Source: an uncultured delta proteobacterium
GTDB lineage: Bacteria > Myxococcota_A > Polyangia > Polyangiales > Polyangiaceae
NCBI GenBank assembly: GCA_963696385.1
Contig: CAVOKF010000008.1
Location: 768,001-832,000 of the forward strand
Direction: 5' to 3'
DNA: 64,000 nucleotides
In this document: piece after piece, positions 47,954 through 57,393 of the stretch
How positions within the stretch are numbered: position 1 is the first letter of the stretch
Layout of the letters: every line of letters begins with the position of its first letter
Notes under the pieces: model-generated
Databases searched by the model: none
Told to the model about the DNA's origin: nothing
The model's input: only the letters and a program-made list of their open reading frames with translations
Position numbers and translations under genes: made by a program

Positions 47954-49015
47954 TCACTCGGTCTCCGTCGTGCCGTTCTTGGATGGCATCGTGCGGGTGC
48001 GGATCTCGTCGATAAAGACCGCCACCTCTCGGTTCAGAAGGTCCGCGCGATCGATCTGGACGTAGTGGTGACTGCCCTTCGCGATGATGCGGCGGCTGCG
48101 TGTCGATAGCTTCTTGAGGTCCTCCTGTCCCGCGTTCCGCTCAGTGGCCAATCGCTTGAGGACTTCCGCTGAAAGGGGCGAGCCCGGAGGCGACAGGTTC
48201 AGGTCCGACGAGATGACAAGGACAGGCAGATCGCCGAAGGGACCCGTGCCGAGAGTCTCCTGTCCGGACACTTCGCTTGCCGAAGCCTCCGCCAAGACGG
48301 CGTCGAAGTACGACGGAATACAGCTGTCCGCCTTGAGCCAGTCGGTGTAGGGTTCGAAGCCCGGCTGCACCCGCGAGCACTCGCCCATGAGGCGTGCGAT
48401 GCCTAGCGCAGTTCGCCACTTGCTCATGGACATGTCCCTGGCGGCACGGTGCCAGAGCGCTCGAACCTCAGCGGGCGCGTTGGTCAACTCAAGGGGAGCG
48501 GGAGAGTCAACGAGGACCAACCCCGCCACCTCGCCAGGAAAGCGGGAGGCATACGATCGGATGTACAGTCCGCCGATCGAGTGCCCCATCAACAGGATCG
48601 AGCCTTGCACTCCTGCCTCCGACAGGAGAACATGCAGTCGATCGGCGACACTGTTGGAGTCGCGTCCTGCGTCTTGCGCTTCGCTCCAGCCAACGCCGAT
48701 GCGGTCGTAAGAGCACACTCGGGTGGTCTTGGAGAGGGGCGGCTGCACCTTCACCCAGATGAGCGAGTCGTTGCCCATGCCTGCTTCGAGGACGACCGTT
48801 GGGGCTCCCTCGCCGGTGCAATACAAGTGCATCGGCTTGCTGTTCACGGCGTAGAGCTTGCCCGGAGGTGGGTACATACGGCGAAGATGTCGAACTGCCA
48901 ACCAGTTGTACCCCGCGCCGGCAACAGCCAAGGCGACGAGTGCCGAGAGGACGGCGATGCCTACTCGGCGAACTGCGTGCCATGGGGTCCGCCGCGCCAA
49001 TTGCTCGCGCCACAT
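47954..49015 (-). CDS. Alpha/beta hydrolase
   Basis: PTVVLEAG, YDRIGVGWS, GHSIGG, SHHYVQ; N-terminal TM. Confidence 0.9.
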   Translation of the reverse strand: MWREQLARRTPWHAVRRVGIAVLSALVALAVAGAGYNWLAVRHLRRMYPPPGKLYAVNSKPMHLYCTGEGAPTVVLEAGMGNDSLIWVKVQPPLSKTTRVCSYDRIGVGWSEAQDAGRDSNSVADRLHVLLSEAGVQGSILLMGHSIGGLYIRSYASRFPGEVAGLVLVDSPAPLELTNAPAEVRALWHRAARDMSMSKWRTALGIARLMGECSRVQPGFEPYTDWLKADSCIPSYFDAVLAEASASEVSGQETLGTGPFGDLPVLVISSDLNLSPPGSPLSAEVLKRLATERNAGQEDLKKLSTRSRRIIAKGSHHYVQIDRADLLNREVAVFIDEIRTRTMPSKNGTTETE

Positions 49016-49291
49016 CGTTCAAGCATAACGGGCGGCCGCTTGGGCCACCCGTCCCGCTTCGCCGGCCACACGGGAGGGGGTTCAAAGTTTAGCGGTCGCG
49101 TCAGTCGAAAGAGTGGCCGCGCGCGAAGCGCCGTTCCACGATATGCTCATGGTCAGCCGGGGCGCTGGAAACACCGCTTATGGCGTTCGTTGTCGCTGAA
49201 ACGGCGAGCGATTTGGTTTTCTCATCCTCTCCTTTCTGCTTTTCACGGCGCGCTCCTGGCGCACCGCCATTCCGCGAGTACACTTCCTGAC

Positions 49292-49939
49292 GTGAGAAGA
49301 GTCGCCCTCGCGCTCGTGGCAGCCGTGTCGCTAACGGCTTCCGGGGTGCAGGCCGCCGAAGTCGACGGAAGCGAGCCTGCAACTTTTGGATCACTCCATC
49401 CGGAAGTCGCGGGTCGGTTCATGGCGAACACGTTCACCCTGACGCCAGCGGACCGTGCCCCGCCGTTGATCGGGGGTGGTCCAGGGGTGCGGGCGGGCGT
49501 ATCCGTTCTGGGCGTCTACGCCGGCTTGTCCTTCATCGATCTTTTGTCCGAGAGCTCCTGTCTCGATTCCTTCCTCGGTAGCTGTGGGTCAACTCACGCG
49601 GCGTCGTACGGACTTGAGTTGGGCTACGGCCACACGTTTTTTGGACACCTACTTGTGCGTGGATTGCTTGGTATCGGGGATCGCATTCTGATCTCCGACG
49701 GAACAAGCGAGACTTGCTCGGGAACGGTCCCATGCTCGATGCCGCTCACCACGACCTCGCACACGTCAAGAGGCGACCTGTATCTCGCCCCGGCCGTGTT
49801 CGTCGGGGTCATGTTGGGCCCCGTGCTCGTCGGCGCCGACGCCACGCTCGTGTACATGCCCACGGCAGGCGCACCCGACTCGTTCTCGGCAGCATTTGCT
49901 GCGCTCTCGCTGGGTGGGCAGCTCGGGGTGCGCCTGTAG
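49292..49939 (+). CDS. Hypothetical secreted/outer-membrane protein
   Basis: Signal peptide ending VQA, amphipathic strands, C-terminal GQLGVRL. Confidence 0.6.
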   Translation: MRRVALALVAAVSLTASGVQAAEVDGSEPATFGSLHPEVAGRFMANTFTLTPADRAPPLIGGGPGVRAGVSVLGVYAGLSFIDLLSESSCLDSFLGSCGSTHAASYGLELGYGHTFFGHLLVRGLLGIGDRILISDGTSETCSGTVPCSMPLTTTSHTSRGDLYLAPAVFVGVMLGPVLVGADATLVYMPTAGAPDSFSAAFAALSLGGQLGVRL

Positions 49940-50198
49940 GTCTGCTGGTCGAGCCTGGGGCGATCGCGGCACGCTCCGCGCCGCGCAAGCCACTTGACGG
50001 AGATGATTCAGCTCGCGTTCGAGCCCGATCGCCGTCTGATGGTCGATGTGACGAAGGGGCTTGAGGAAGTTCGCCGCTTCTTTCGCGACCGAGAGCTTCA
50101 GCAAGCTGGTCTGTACACGGCTCCTTGACATGCAAGTGATTGCTCGAAACTTGAGCTGTCGCACTGGTCGAAGCGTATCCGAAGGCGGCCGCCGCATC

Positions 50199-50440
50199 AT
50201 GACGTAACGAGAAATCTGGCACGAGCTTCACCTGCGCAGCGCGCCTCACGCGGTCTACGAGGTACTGACCGATCCAAAAAAGCTCGCAGGCTGGTGGACG
50301 ACGGATACGCGCGGGCAATCTGCCATTGGCAAGACGCTTGAGTTCCGGTTCAACGGACGCCTTGCCGCCGAGGTGACTGTCACCGAGTCACCGAGCTGAA
50401 GCCCGACGCGCGCGTGCAGTGGCGAGTGAACGCCCGAGGC
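50199..50440 (+). pseudogene. SRPBCC/Aha1-like domain pseudogene
   Basis: ATG-ACG-TAA, then EIWHELHL...AVYEVLTDPKKLAGWWT...LEFRF; frameshift at the GTCACCGA tandem duplication; continues as ELKPDARVQWRV. Confidence 0.7.
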
Positions 50441-50692
50441 AGGATGTCGAGCGGGGCCGCGCAGGCCATCCCCCCTCCACTGAACAACAACGCATCCGCC
50501 GATTCGCTTCACTTCGCGTTCTTACCGACTCCACTCTGTGACGATCTCATGTTCCGGTACGTTCGGGATGGCCGCAACCAGTGCGTGCGGAAACCGTTCT
50601 TCGCGGTGATCGAAAGGTGTGCGGTCGACATCAGATAAGCCGCGGGGGCGCGCCAGTGGCACCGGCAGCGCGGCGCCCATCAAGCTTCGTCG

Positions 50693-51067
50693 ATGCCGAT
50701 CAAGACCAAGCGCTGGAACGATCCCCTCGAGCCCGACGACGGCCACCGCCTGCTCGTCTGCCGCTACCGTCCCCGTGGGGTCCGGAAGGACGCCGAGATC
50801 TGGGACGCGTGGTCGCCTCAGCTCGGTCCGAGCCGCGAGCTGCATGCCGCCCTTTATGGCAAGCACGGACCTCCGATCGACTGGTCCGAATTCCGCCGTC
50901 GCTACCTCGCCGAGATGGGCGGGCACCGGGAGGCGATTGTAAACCTCGGCGCTCGCGTCGCGGCCGGCGAGACAATCACCCTGCTCTGCTCGTCGGCATG
51001 CTCGGACCCCGAGCGATGTCACCGGACTTTGCTCAGCGGGCTGGTCGCGGGGGCGGGAGAGGGGTGA
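50693..51067 (+). CDS. DUF488 / YeaO-like protein
   Basis: DDGHRLLVCRYRPRGV, LGPSREL, WSEFRRRYLAEM, CHR. Confidence 0.85.
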   Translation: MPIKTKRWNDPLEPDDGHRLLVCRYRPRGVRKDAEIWDAWSPQLGPSRELHAALYGKHGPPIDWSEFRRRYLAEMGGHREAIVNLGARVAAGETITLLCSSACSDPERCHRTLLSGLVAGAGEG

Positions 51068-51164
51068 CCAAGCCTGAAAATGGCGCCGCGATCGAGAGCC
51101 CCACCGGCGCCCGGACCAGCCCCGACGGAACGCCTCCGTTCGTGCGATCATCGAAGCCATCGCG

Positions 51165-51464
51165 ATGCGACCCTCGCCCGCGGCGGACTGTCGTGCCCGG
51201 CCAGGAGAGTTCGCGCCGGTCGTCGATCGGGCAAAGTGCGAGGGGAAGTCCGAGTGCGTCGAGGTCTGCCCATTCCACGTGTTCGAGGTCGGCCGCATGG
51301 GCGACGCCGACTTCGCGCAGCTCGGCGTGTTCGGCAAGCTCAAGAGCATCGCGCACGGGCGGAAAACGGCCTACACGCCTCGGGTGTCGGCTTGCCAAGC
51401 GTGCGGCAAGTGTGTTGAGGCGCGCCCCGAGAAGGCGATCAAGCTGTCTCGCGTCCAGGTGTGA
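51165..51464 (+). CDS. 4Fe-4S dicluster ferredoxin-like protein (one ligand Cys replaced by Arg)
   Basis: CEGKSECVEVCP and CQACGKCVEARPEKAI. Confidence 0.75.
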   Translation: MRPSPAADCRARPGEFAPVVDRAKCEGKSECVEVCPFHVFEVGRMGDADFAQLGVFGKLKSIAHGRKTAYTPRVSACQACGKCVEARPEKAIKLSRVQV

Positions 51465-51589
51465 CCCTCGTGCCAATCCTGGCCGTTTTGCCGGTCTTCT
51501 CGTTGAACCTTGCACTTCTGCGTGTTGCGACAGCTTCGCCGCCGAGGCGTCGAGGTCGTTCTCTTCGACCGCGATCTCGGGCGCGCCGA

Positions 51590-51935
51590 ATTGTGGTTCG
51601 CGAAGGGTGGCGGGCAAAGCAGCGATCGGGCTACGGATCGGAAAAGTGATCCACAAGCATAAGGTGGCCAAGCACTTCTTACTCGACATCCATGATTCCA
51701 AATTCGAGTATCGCCTCCGCGAGGATCGCATCGCAGAGGAGGCAGCACTCGACGGCGTATACGTGATTCGTACGTCCTTGAGCCAAGAGTCGACCAGCGA
51801 CGAACAGGCCGTTCGCCATTACAAGAAACTCGCGAATGTCGAACGCGCATTCCGATCCATCAAGACGATCGACTTGAAGGTGCGCCCCATTCACCACCAC
51901 TTAGAAAACCTAGTCCGAGCGCGCATCTTCCTGGG
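51590..51935 (+). mobile_element. IS1634-family transposase C-terminal fragment
   Basis: IGLRIGKV, EEAALDGVYVIRTS, YKKLANVERAFRSIK, LKVRPIHH; no N-terminus or start codon. Confidence 0.85.
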
Positions 51936-51967
51936 TCGTCGGCCCTTCCAGAAACCCTTGTTTTTTC

Positions 51968-51981
51968 GAGCGGGAGAAGGG
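51968..51981 (-). repeat. Short copy of the tRNA-Gly 3' end (distal att scar)
   Basis: GAGCGGGAGAAGGG is identical to 62754-62767. Confidence 0.6.
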
Positions 51982-52291
51982 TTCCGAAACCGGCCAAAAC
52001 AAAGGCGGCCGACCACGCGCACTTGCCGCGAATGCCGCTGGTTTTGCGAACCCTGACCCCGACACCGCGCAACACCGGACGCCACCGAACGCCATGGCGT
52101 TGGGCAACTGGGGGGAAACGGACGTCGCCGGGCGAAGGGCCCTGGTCGGACGTCGAAGGACGGCGGTCGTTCGGCGCCACGCTCGCCGACGACCGGGTCG
52201 GTCAGGCCGCATCGTGGTCGGGCAAAGAGCCCGCGGCCCATCATCTGATGAGTTTGCGCGTCAGGCCCCGGTCGAGCGTCGCCCCGCGACA

Positions 52292-52300
52292 TGTTACCAT
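52292..52300 (+). promoter_or_regulatory. Extended -10 element for a probably leaderless toxin-antitoxin transcript
   Basis: TGTTACCAT lies 6 nt upstream of ATG 52307, with no RBS. Confidence 0.45.
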
Positions 52301-52306
52301 ACGCGT

Positions 52307-52528
52307 ATGCGTCCGGTCGAAGCTTGCTACGAAAATGGCTTCCTGAAGCCCGCGCAACCTCTCAAACTTCGTCAGGGCGAGAAGGTCGCCGTCGTCGTTC
52401 TCCGTCGTCCTGACCCCGCACGCTGGGACATGAAGCGCCTTGCGGTCGGCAGCGCCGAGGACGAAACGCTTGCCAGCGCCGGTCTCGGCGCGTGGGCCGA
52501 TGCACTCGACGCCGAGGACCGTCGTTGA
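52307..52528 (+). CDS. Antitoxin, DUF104/AF2212-like
   Basis: VEACYENGFLKPAQPLKLRQGEKV; overlaps the toxin start (TTGA). Confidence 0.85.
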   Translation: MRPVEACYENGFLKPAQPLKLRQGEKVAVVVLRRPDPARWDMKRLAVGSAEDETLASAGLGAWADALDAEDRR

Positions 52529-52871
52529 GGCGTGGAGAGATCTGGTGGGCTGACTTAGGTGGCCACCGGCCGATGGAGCAAACGGGCAGGCGCCCCGTCG
52601 TGATCTGGCAGAGCGACGCGCTCACAAGCGTACTCGCGTCCGTGCACGTCGTGCCGCTTACGACGAACCTCGATCGTGCTCAGCTCGCGGGCACCGCTCT
52701 GCTGCAGGCAACCGAAGGGGATTGCCCGATGACTCCGTGGCTCTCGCTTTTCAAATGCGCGCCGTACCGAAGTCCGCGCTGGTAACGCGTGTTCGCCCTT
52801 TGACCGAGACAGAAATGTCGGAGCTCGAACTCGCGACCGATGAAGCGCTCGGGCGTGTCGAGCCCGAATGA
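52525..52871 (+). pseudogene. PemK/MazF-family toxin, frameshifted in a G run near 52717-52720
   Basis: RRGEIWWADL...GRRPVVIWQ...VVPLTT, then LPDDSVALAFQMRAVPK...ELATDEALG in another frame. Confidence 0.85.
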
Positions 52872-52942
52872 CGGCCGAGCCCTCGCCCGAATCTAGACAT
52901 TTCAAGACAACGGATTCCTCCAAAGCTGCGTGCCACAGCCAA

Positions 52943-53360
52943 TCAACCAGGCGTCGGTTGCCGCTTCTCTGCCGGGCCGATCCGCACGGGCCGTCCCTTC
53001 ACCCGAGCCCGTTGCATTCGTTCGAGGGCCCTCTCGGCATCCTCGGCCGAGCCTAACGACACGAACGCACAACCCCTAGACAGGAACACGTCCGTCAAAG
53101 TGAATCCGTGAAGCGCAAAGGCTTCGATCACATCGTCTTGCGTCACGTCCTATTGTAAATTGCCGACGTATAAGCGAGCTTCCTTCAGCAAGGATCGACG
53201 TTCGTCCCATGCGTTGGTCACCTCTACGCGCGCCGCTCCCCATTCATGCAAATTCTCTGGCGAGTCGTCCGAGGCGTAGACGCTGGGCGATCGTGGGCCT
53301 CCTCAATGGCTCGGTCCAGGTAGTCCACCAATTCCTGCGCATTCTCGCGGACAGTTGCGT
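52943..53360 (-). pseudogene. C-terminal remnant with an RNA-recognition motif (RRM) and a premature stop
   Basis: RNP2 RLYVGNL, then in-frame TAG at 53150-53152; RNP1-like RGCAFV; KGRPVRI. Confidence 0.7.
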
Positions 53361-53595
53361 GCGTGCTCGCTGAGCACCAGCGACTTGATGAATTGTCGGA
53401 AGACGATCTGATCTGCCTCTCTCCCGGTGGATCGGTGCATCTAGAGATGCTCGAGAGTAAGGACTATCTGGCTGCTTGTGTCGAGGACATTCGGATGGCT
53501 GACGAAGCGGCGGCCAATCGCGTCGCTCTCAGGATCGGTGGCAACCGGCACGCCGCTCCCGAAAGTCGTTGCATTCCAACGACTTTCGTGCCTTG

Positions 53596-53636
53596 TAGAG
53601 CGGGAGAAGGGATTTGAACCCGTCCACCTTGGCAAG
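53596..53636 (-). repeat. Duplicated tRNA-Gly 3' half (att site) with a 5-bp deletion
   Basis: TAGAGCGGGAGAAGGGATTTGAACC-CGTCCACCTTGGCAAG compared with 62752-62797. Confidence 0.9.
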
Positions 53637-53896
53637 AGGGTGGGCGTCAGAGCGGGAGCGGGGAAAAGCCGGGCGATCGTCGCTCTGGCTGCCCGCCAGG
53701 TCGCGCCTGCGACCCCCCTCCGGAGCCGGCCGATCGGTGTGATCGACCCCTCGCGGGCGTGCAGTGGTGCACGGACCGGCGGGGGGCGTTCGCCGTTAGC
53801 CTACGACTTCTTCACGGACCGGAGCGCAACCGGCCCGACGCTCGGAAGCCTGGGACGTGCATCCGCCGTGACGCTCGTACCTGGGTACATGGTGAT

Positions 53897-54469
53897 CTAG
53901 GTTCGCCGCCGGCGGAGGCTGGGGCACTGCGCGGCACGCTGCGGCCCGAGCAGCGTGTGCACCCACTGCTCGTGCTCCGGAAGAATGCGCATGCGAGCAT
54001 GAACTAGGGCGGAGAAGACCGCGTCGACGAGCCGCGCACCAAGTGCGGCGCCCACTGCGGGGTCCGCGAAAATCGCACCGCTCGAGAGGAGCGTCACCGT
54101 AGGCAGATGGGCCGCAGCAACACGTCGTCCCTTGCGTTCATCGATGGCGACGGGAAGTCCAAGCGCTTCACCGGCGGCCAGGGCCGCAGCCTCCCCGTCG
54201 TCCAGGTCGTCGGGCGCGTCCGCGCCGGTGAGTTCCACGAAGCGCAGGAGCGCCGGGCCGGGGAGCTGAATCTTCTCGAGGAGGCCCGCTCCGATCAGCG
54301 GCGCCAGCGGATCGCCAGACGGCCGCGGTTCGAGCGGATGCCGGATCACTTCACGGGAAGTGACGGCGACGACGATCCGTCGCCCCTGAAGCGCTGCGAG
54401 AACCCCCTCGGCCTGACCGCTGCCGAGGATGTTCAACATCACGCTCGTGTCGAGCACGACGACGCTCAT
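53897..54469 (-). CDS. PIN-domain protein (putative nuclease toxin)
   Basis: VVLDTSVMLN, SREV, DLDDGEAAALA and AIDERKGR supply the PIN acidic residues. Confidence 0.85.
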   Translation of the reverse strand: MSVVVLDTSVMLNILGSGQAEGVLAALQGRRIVVAVTSREVIRHPLEPRPSGDPLAPLIGAGLLEKIQLPGPALLRFVELTGADAPDDLDDGEAAALAAGEALGLPVAIDERKGRRVAAAHLPTVTLLSSGAIFADPAVGAALGARLVDAVFSALVHARMRILPEHEQWVHTLLGPQRAAQCPSLRRRRT

Positions 54470-55617
54470 CCCGCGTGCGCCTCGATCGCGGCGTCGATCG
54501 CGTCGACGGAGGTGAAGGCGTCGATCGCGCGCCGGAGCTCCACGCGATCCATCACGAGCATGTCTGCGAGTTGGCCCTCGCTGTAGAGCCCCTGCTCGTG
54601 GGCCTCTGCGGCGAGCATCAGGAGGCGCGCTCCGGGCTCCGTGCTCTCGCCTTCCTCCTGGCTTCCGAGCACGCGTTGCACGGCCTCCTCATCGAGCCCC
54701 CGATCCTTGACGGAGTCGTAGGTTCCCTGCGGCAGCAGCTCCAGCCGCTCCAACTGGCGCGTGAATGCCTCGACCGACACTCCAAGCCGGTGTGCACCCA
54801 AGATCAGGTGCCGCGCGGAGAACCTGCCTTCTTGCCCGACGTATTCATCGAAGATTCTACGCACCGTCGCGCTGGGCATGAGGAAAGCCGCAGCGAACGC
54901 GTCAGCGAAGACGTCGTCGGGATGCTTTCCCACGAGTGTGAAGGCGATGCTTGGCTCTCGACGGGTCGTGAGGAAGTGAGCAAGCTCGTGCGCCAGCGTC
55001 CACCGGCGCCGGGCGCGCCTGTGCAAGCGGTTGAGCAGTACGCACGCGCCCAGCTCGTCATGGAACGCGTAGACACCTGCGATGGAAGAGGGCAGGGCGC
55101 GAACGAAGACGCGAAGTCCGAGCTCGAGCTCCAGGAGCCCGACGAGATCAGGAATCGGTCCGAGCCCCAAGCCGAGTCGAGAGCGCAGTTCTGCCGCCAG
55201 CTCCTCGGCCTGCTTGTCCAGGCGTCCACGCCCAGGCCTCCGCTCGGGCGGGTAGTCGATGGGGGTTACCTTGTGGAGGCGGTGCTCGAGCTCGACGTAG
55301 GCCGCCGCGAGGTCGTGAAGGAGCGTCAGGGCCTGCACGCCTTCTCGATCCGCCTTTCCTGCGCGGCCGGTGCTCTTGCGGCGAAACTGCCCGACGAGAT
55401 CGACGCGAACCGCGGTCGGCCGGAGGAACGAGTGCACGCCGACCCCATAGAGCGCGGCGAGAGCAACAAGTTCCTCGGGTCGTGGCTGTCGGTCCCCCCC
55501 TTCGATTGCAACGAGCGTCGTCCGGGCGACGCCGAGTTTCTCTGCCGCGTGCTCCTGCGTCAGTCCGGCCGCCCCGCGAGCGACTCGAAGTCGTTCCCCT
55601 AGCTTTGCTGGATCCAT
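54466..55617 (-). CDS. XRE-family HTH fused to an ImmA/IrrE (M78) zinc metallopeptidase
   Basis: LGERLRVAR...LTQEHAAEKLGVARTTLVAIEGG; RRRWTLAHELAH (HExxH); ADAFAAAFLMP. Confidence 0.92.
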   Translation of the reverse strand: MDPAKLGERLRVARGAAGLTQEHAAEKLGVARTTLVAIEGGDRQPRPEELVALAALYGVGVHSFLRPTAVRVDLVGQFRRKSTGRAGKADREGVQALTLLHDLAAAYVELEHRLHKVTPIDYPPERRPGRGRLDKQAEELAAELRSRLGLGLGPIPDLVGLLELELGLRVFVRALPSSIAGVYAFHDELGACVLLNRLHRRARRRWTLAHELAHFLTTRREPSIAFTLVGKHPDDVFADAFAAAFLMPSATVRRIFDEYVGQEGRFSARHLILGAHRLGVSVEAFTRQLERLELLPQGTYDSVKDRGLDEEAVQRVLGSQEEGESTEPGARLLMLAAEAHEQGLYSEGQLADMLVMDRVELRRAIDAFTSVDAIDAAIEAHAG

Positions 55618-56972
55618 GGATCACCGGGTCCTTGCTCAGAAGTCACAACCTGACGCAACCAACTTCTTTCGGGCACCGCGTTGACGAAGCCGCTCCACTC
55701 CTCCGCATGCTTCGCGAAAAGGCGGCCGAGCTTCGTCTCGACCTCGGCGGACGGCCGCCCCACGGACCTCGCCGTCTCCAGCACGTGACCGCGGTAGTTC
55801 GGCAGCTTCGCGGCTACGCCCGCGAGCTCGTCGAGATCCACCGCGGCGTACGTTCCGACCTCGCGATCAGCCGGCTGCGCATCCGCCGGGAGGTCCGCGT
55901 CGACGAGAACGTCGGCGTAGTAGGTTCCAGCGTCCTCGACGAGGCCAGCCGCCCGAAGGGACTGGCGGCGGAACATGCAGCCGGAGCAAAGCCCGCAGTG
56001 GCTCGCGGACACGTTCGGGTGCTGCCGGCGGACGTTTCGGCTGCACGAGCGCGTCCGCTGCCATCCTTCGAGGGCCTTGCGGGCGTGCAGCTCTGCAAGC
56101 ACCTCCCCCTTCGTAACCCACAAGTGCGGCAGCTCGAACGGCGGCAGCACACCCCATAGGTGCTCGAAACATGCGCCTAGTTTCTTGATGAACATGGGGT
56201 GGCAACCGGAGACGGGTTGCTCGATGCCGAACGGCACGAAGGAAGGCCCAAGGCACCCGATGCCGCTCTCGCCGATCCAGATGCGAGCGGCGTTGTTTCG
56301 GCGCCAGGCGAGGGCAGCCAACGAAAAGAACACGAGGGTCCGCGTTCGATACGACGGCTCCGCGTGCGAGCCTCCCGAAACCGTGAACGGAACCGCCAGC
56401 GCGGGCGCCGAGCGATCGCGATCCGGGAGAACCGAGTGCAGCGAGCGCGCGCCGTGCTGTGCATGGACGAGCAAGAGCGGCGCGCCGTCGTTCTGAACGC
56501 GGTGCTGGGCGACCGTGGCGAACGAGTCCAAGCCGCCGCTGTACGGCGCGACGGTCGCCCCGCGAAACTCGCGCGGCAACTGCGGCAGGAAGAGCTGACG
56601 GAGCTCGTCGGCAGCCGTGCGGGGACGAAATTCGAGGCGCCAGAAATCACCGCTCACGTCGTGCAGCAGCGACACCAGCTCCGGCGAGACGCGTTCCCAT
56701 TCGGCAGGCAGATACACGGGCACAGAGAGCGCGACCGCTCGGCCCCATCGACTGCCCCGTCGCCGCGACACGCGCCGATCCGCGAAGGCGATCGAGGCGA
56801 GCACGACGAGCAAGTCGACGTCGATCTCCTCGAGCGGCGTACTGCTGCACCGCTCGAGTGCTCCGCGATCGAACCGGAGCTCGGGGCCGAGGGCGCAAGA
56901 GATCGCATCGTCGGGCGCGGGAGCGCCGGCCTGCTCGAGGACAACGGTCGAGTGCTCTACCGCGGCGTTCAT
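55599..56972 (-). CDS. QueC-like PP-loop enzyme of the QatC type (7-cyano-7-deazaguanine synthase-like)
   Basis: YSGGLDS PP-loop; EPSYRTR; TKGEV; SC...HCGLCSGCMFRR zinc site; QatC-like N-terminal extension (ADRRVSR..WGR..VPV...SGDFW). Confidence 0.88.
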   Translation of the reverse strand: MNAAVEHSTVVLEQAGAPAPDDAISCALGPELRFDRGALERCSSTPLEEIDVDLLVVLASIAFADRRVSRRRGSRWGRAVALSVPVYLPAEWERVSPELVSLLHDVSGDFWRLEFRPRTAADELRQLFLPQLPREFRGATVAPYSGGLDSFATVAQHRVQNDGAPLLLVHAQHGARSLHSVLPDRDRSAPALAVPFTVSGGSHAEPSYRTRTLVFFSLAALAWRRNNAARIWIGESGIGCLGPSFVPFGIEQPVSGCHPMFIKKLGACFEHLWGVLPPFELPHLWVTKGEVLAELHARKALEGWQRTRSCSRNVRRQHPNVSASHCGLCSGCMFRRQSLRAAGLVEDAGTYYADVLVDADLPADAQPADREVGTYAAVDLDELAGVAAKLPNYRGHVLETARSVGRPSAEVETKLGRLFAKHAEEWSGFVNAVPERSWLRQVVTSEQGPGDPWIQQS

Positions 56973-57376
56973 CGGCCCCCCCGTAGGTCAGCGTCTAGGT
57001 CGAGCCGAAGCTTCGTCGCGCGCGGCGGCGCCTCACCGGCAAGGTGACGACGCGCCAGACCCTCCAGATCAGCAGACCGCGCGGCCTCGCCGAAGCGACC
57101 CAGGAGCGCGGGGCAGTCGCGTGGGAAGTCGACGTTCCCCTGTGCACGAACCTCGCGCCCGACGACGCTCACGCGGTCCACGAGAGCTTGGGTCAGCGCT
57201 CGCCTGGCCGCTTCCTCGGCGGATATCCGCTGGTCTGCGATTGCTGCACCTTGACGAAGGAAGGACGCTTCGATCGCGCTGCGCGGCTCGCACGCCGGTT
57301 GAAAGGACTCGCCGGGGAACAGCGAGCCCTCGCCGGCGGCCAGCGCGCGTCGGAGGTAGTCGACGGTGAATGTCAT
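56969..57376 (-). CDS. 135-aa hypothetical protein, first gene of the QueC operon
   Basis: AGGA RBS 6 nt before ATG 57376; stop overlaps the QueC ATG (ATGA). Confidence 0.7.
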   Translation of the reverse strand: MTFTVDYLRRALAAGEGSLFPGESFQPACEPRSAIEASFLRQGAAIADQRISAEEAARRALTQALVDRVSVVGREVRAQGNVDFPRDCPALLGRFGEAARSADLEGLARRHLAGEAPPRATKLRLDLDADLRGGR

Positions 57377-57393
57377 CGCGCATCCTGAACACA

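Noticed and set aside
50581..52056. 491-aa ORF as a full-length transposase
   Set aside because: Only about 115 codons resemble IS1634; the rest overlaps the DUF488 and ferredoxin genes in other frames.
55599..56972. Housekeeping queC for queuosine biosynthesis
   Set aside because: About twice the usual length with a QatC-like extension, no queD/queE/queF neighbours, and located in an island with PIN and peptidase genes.
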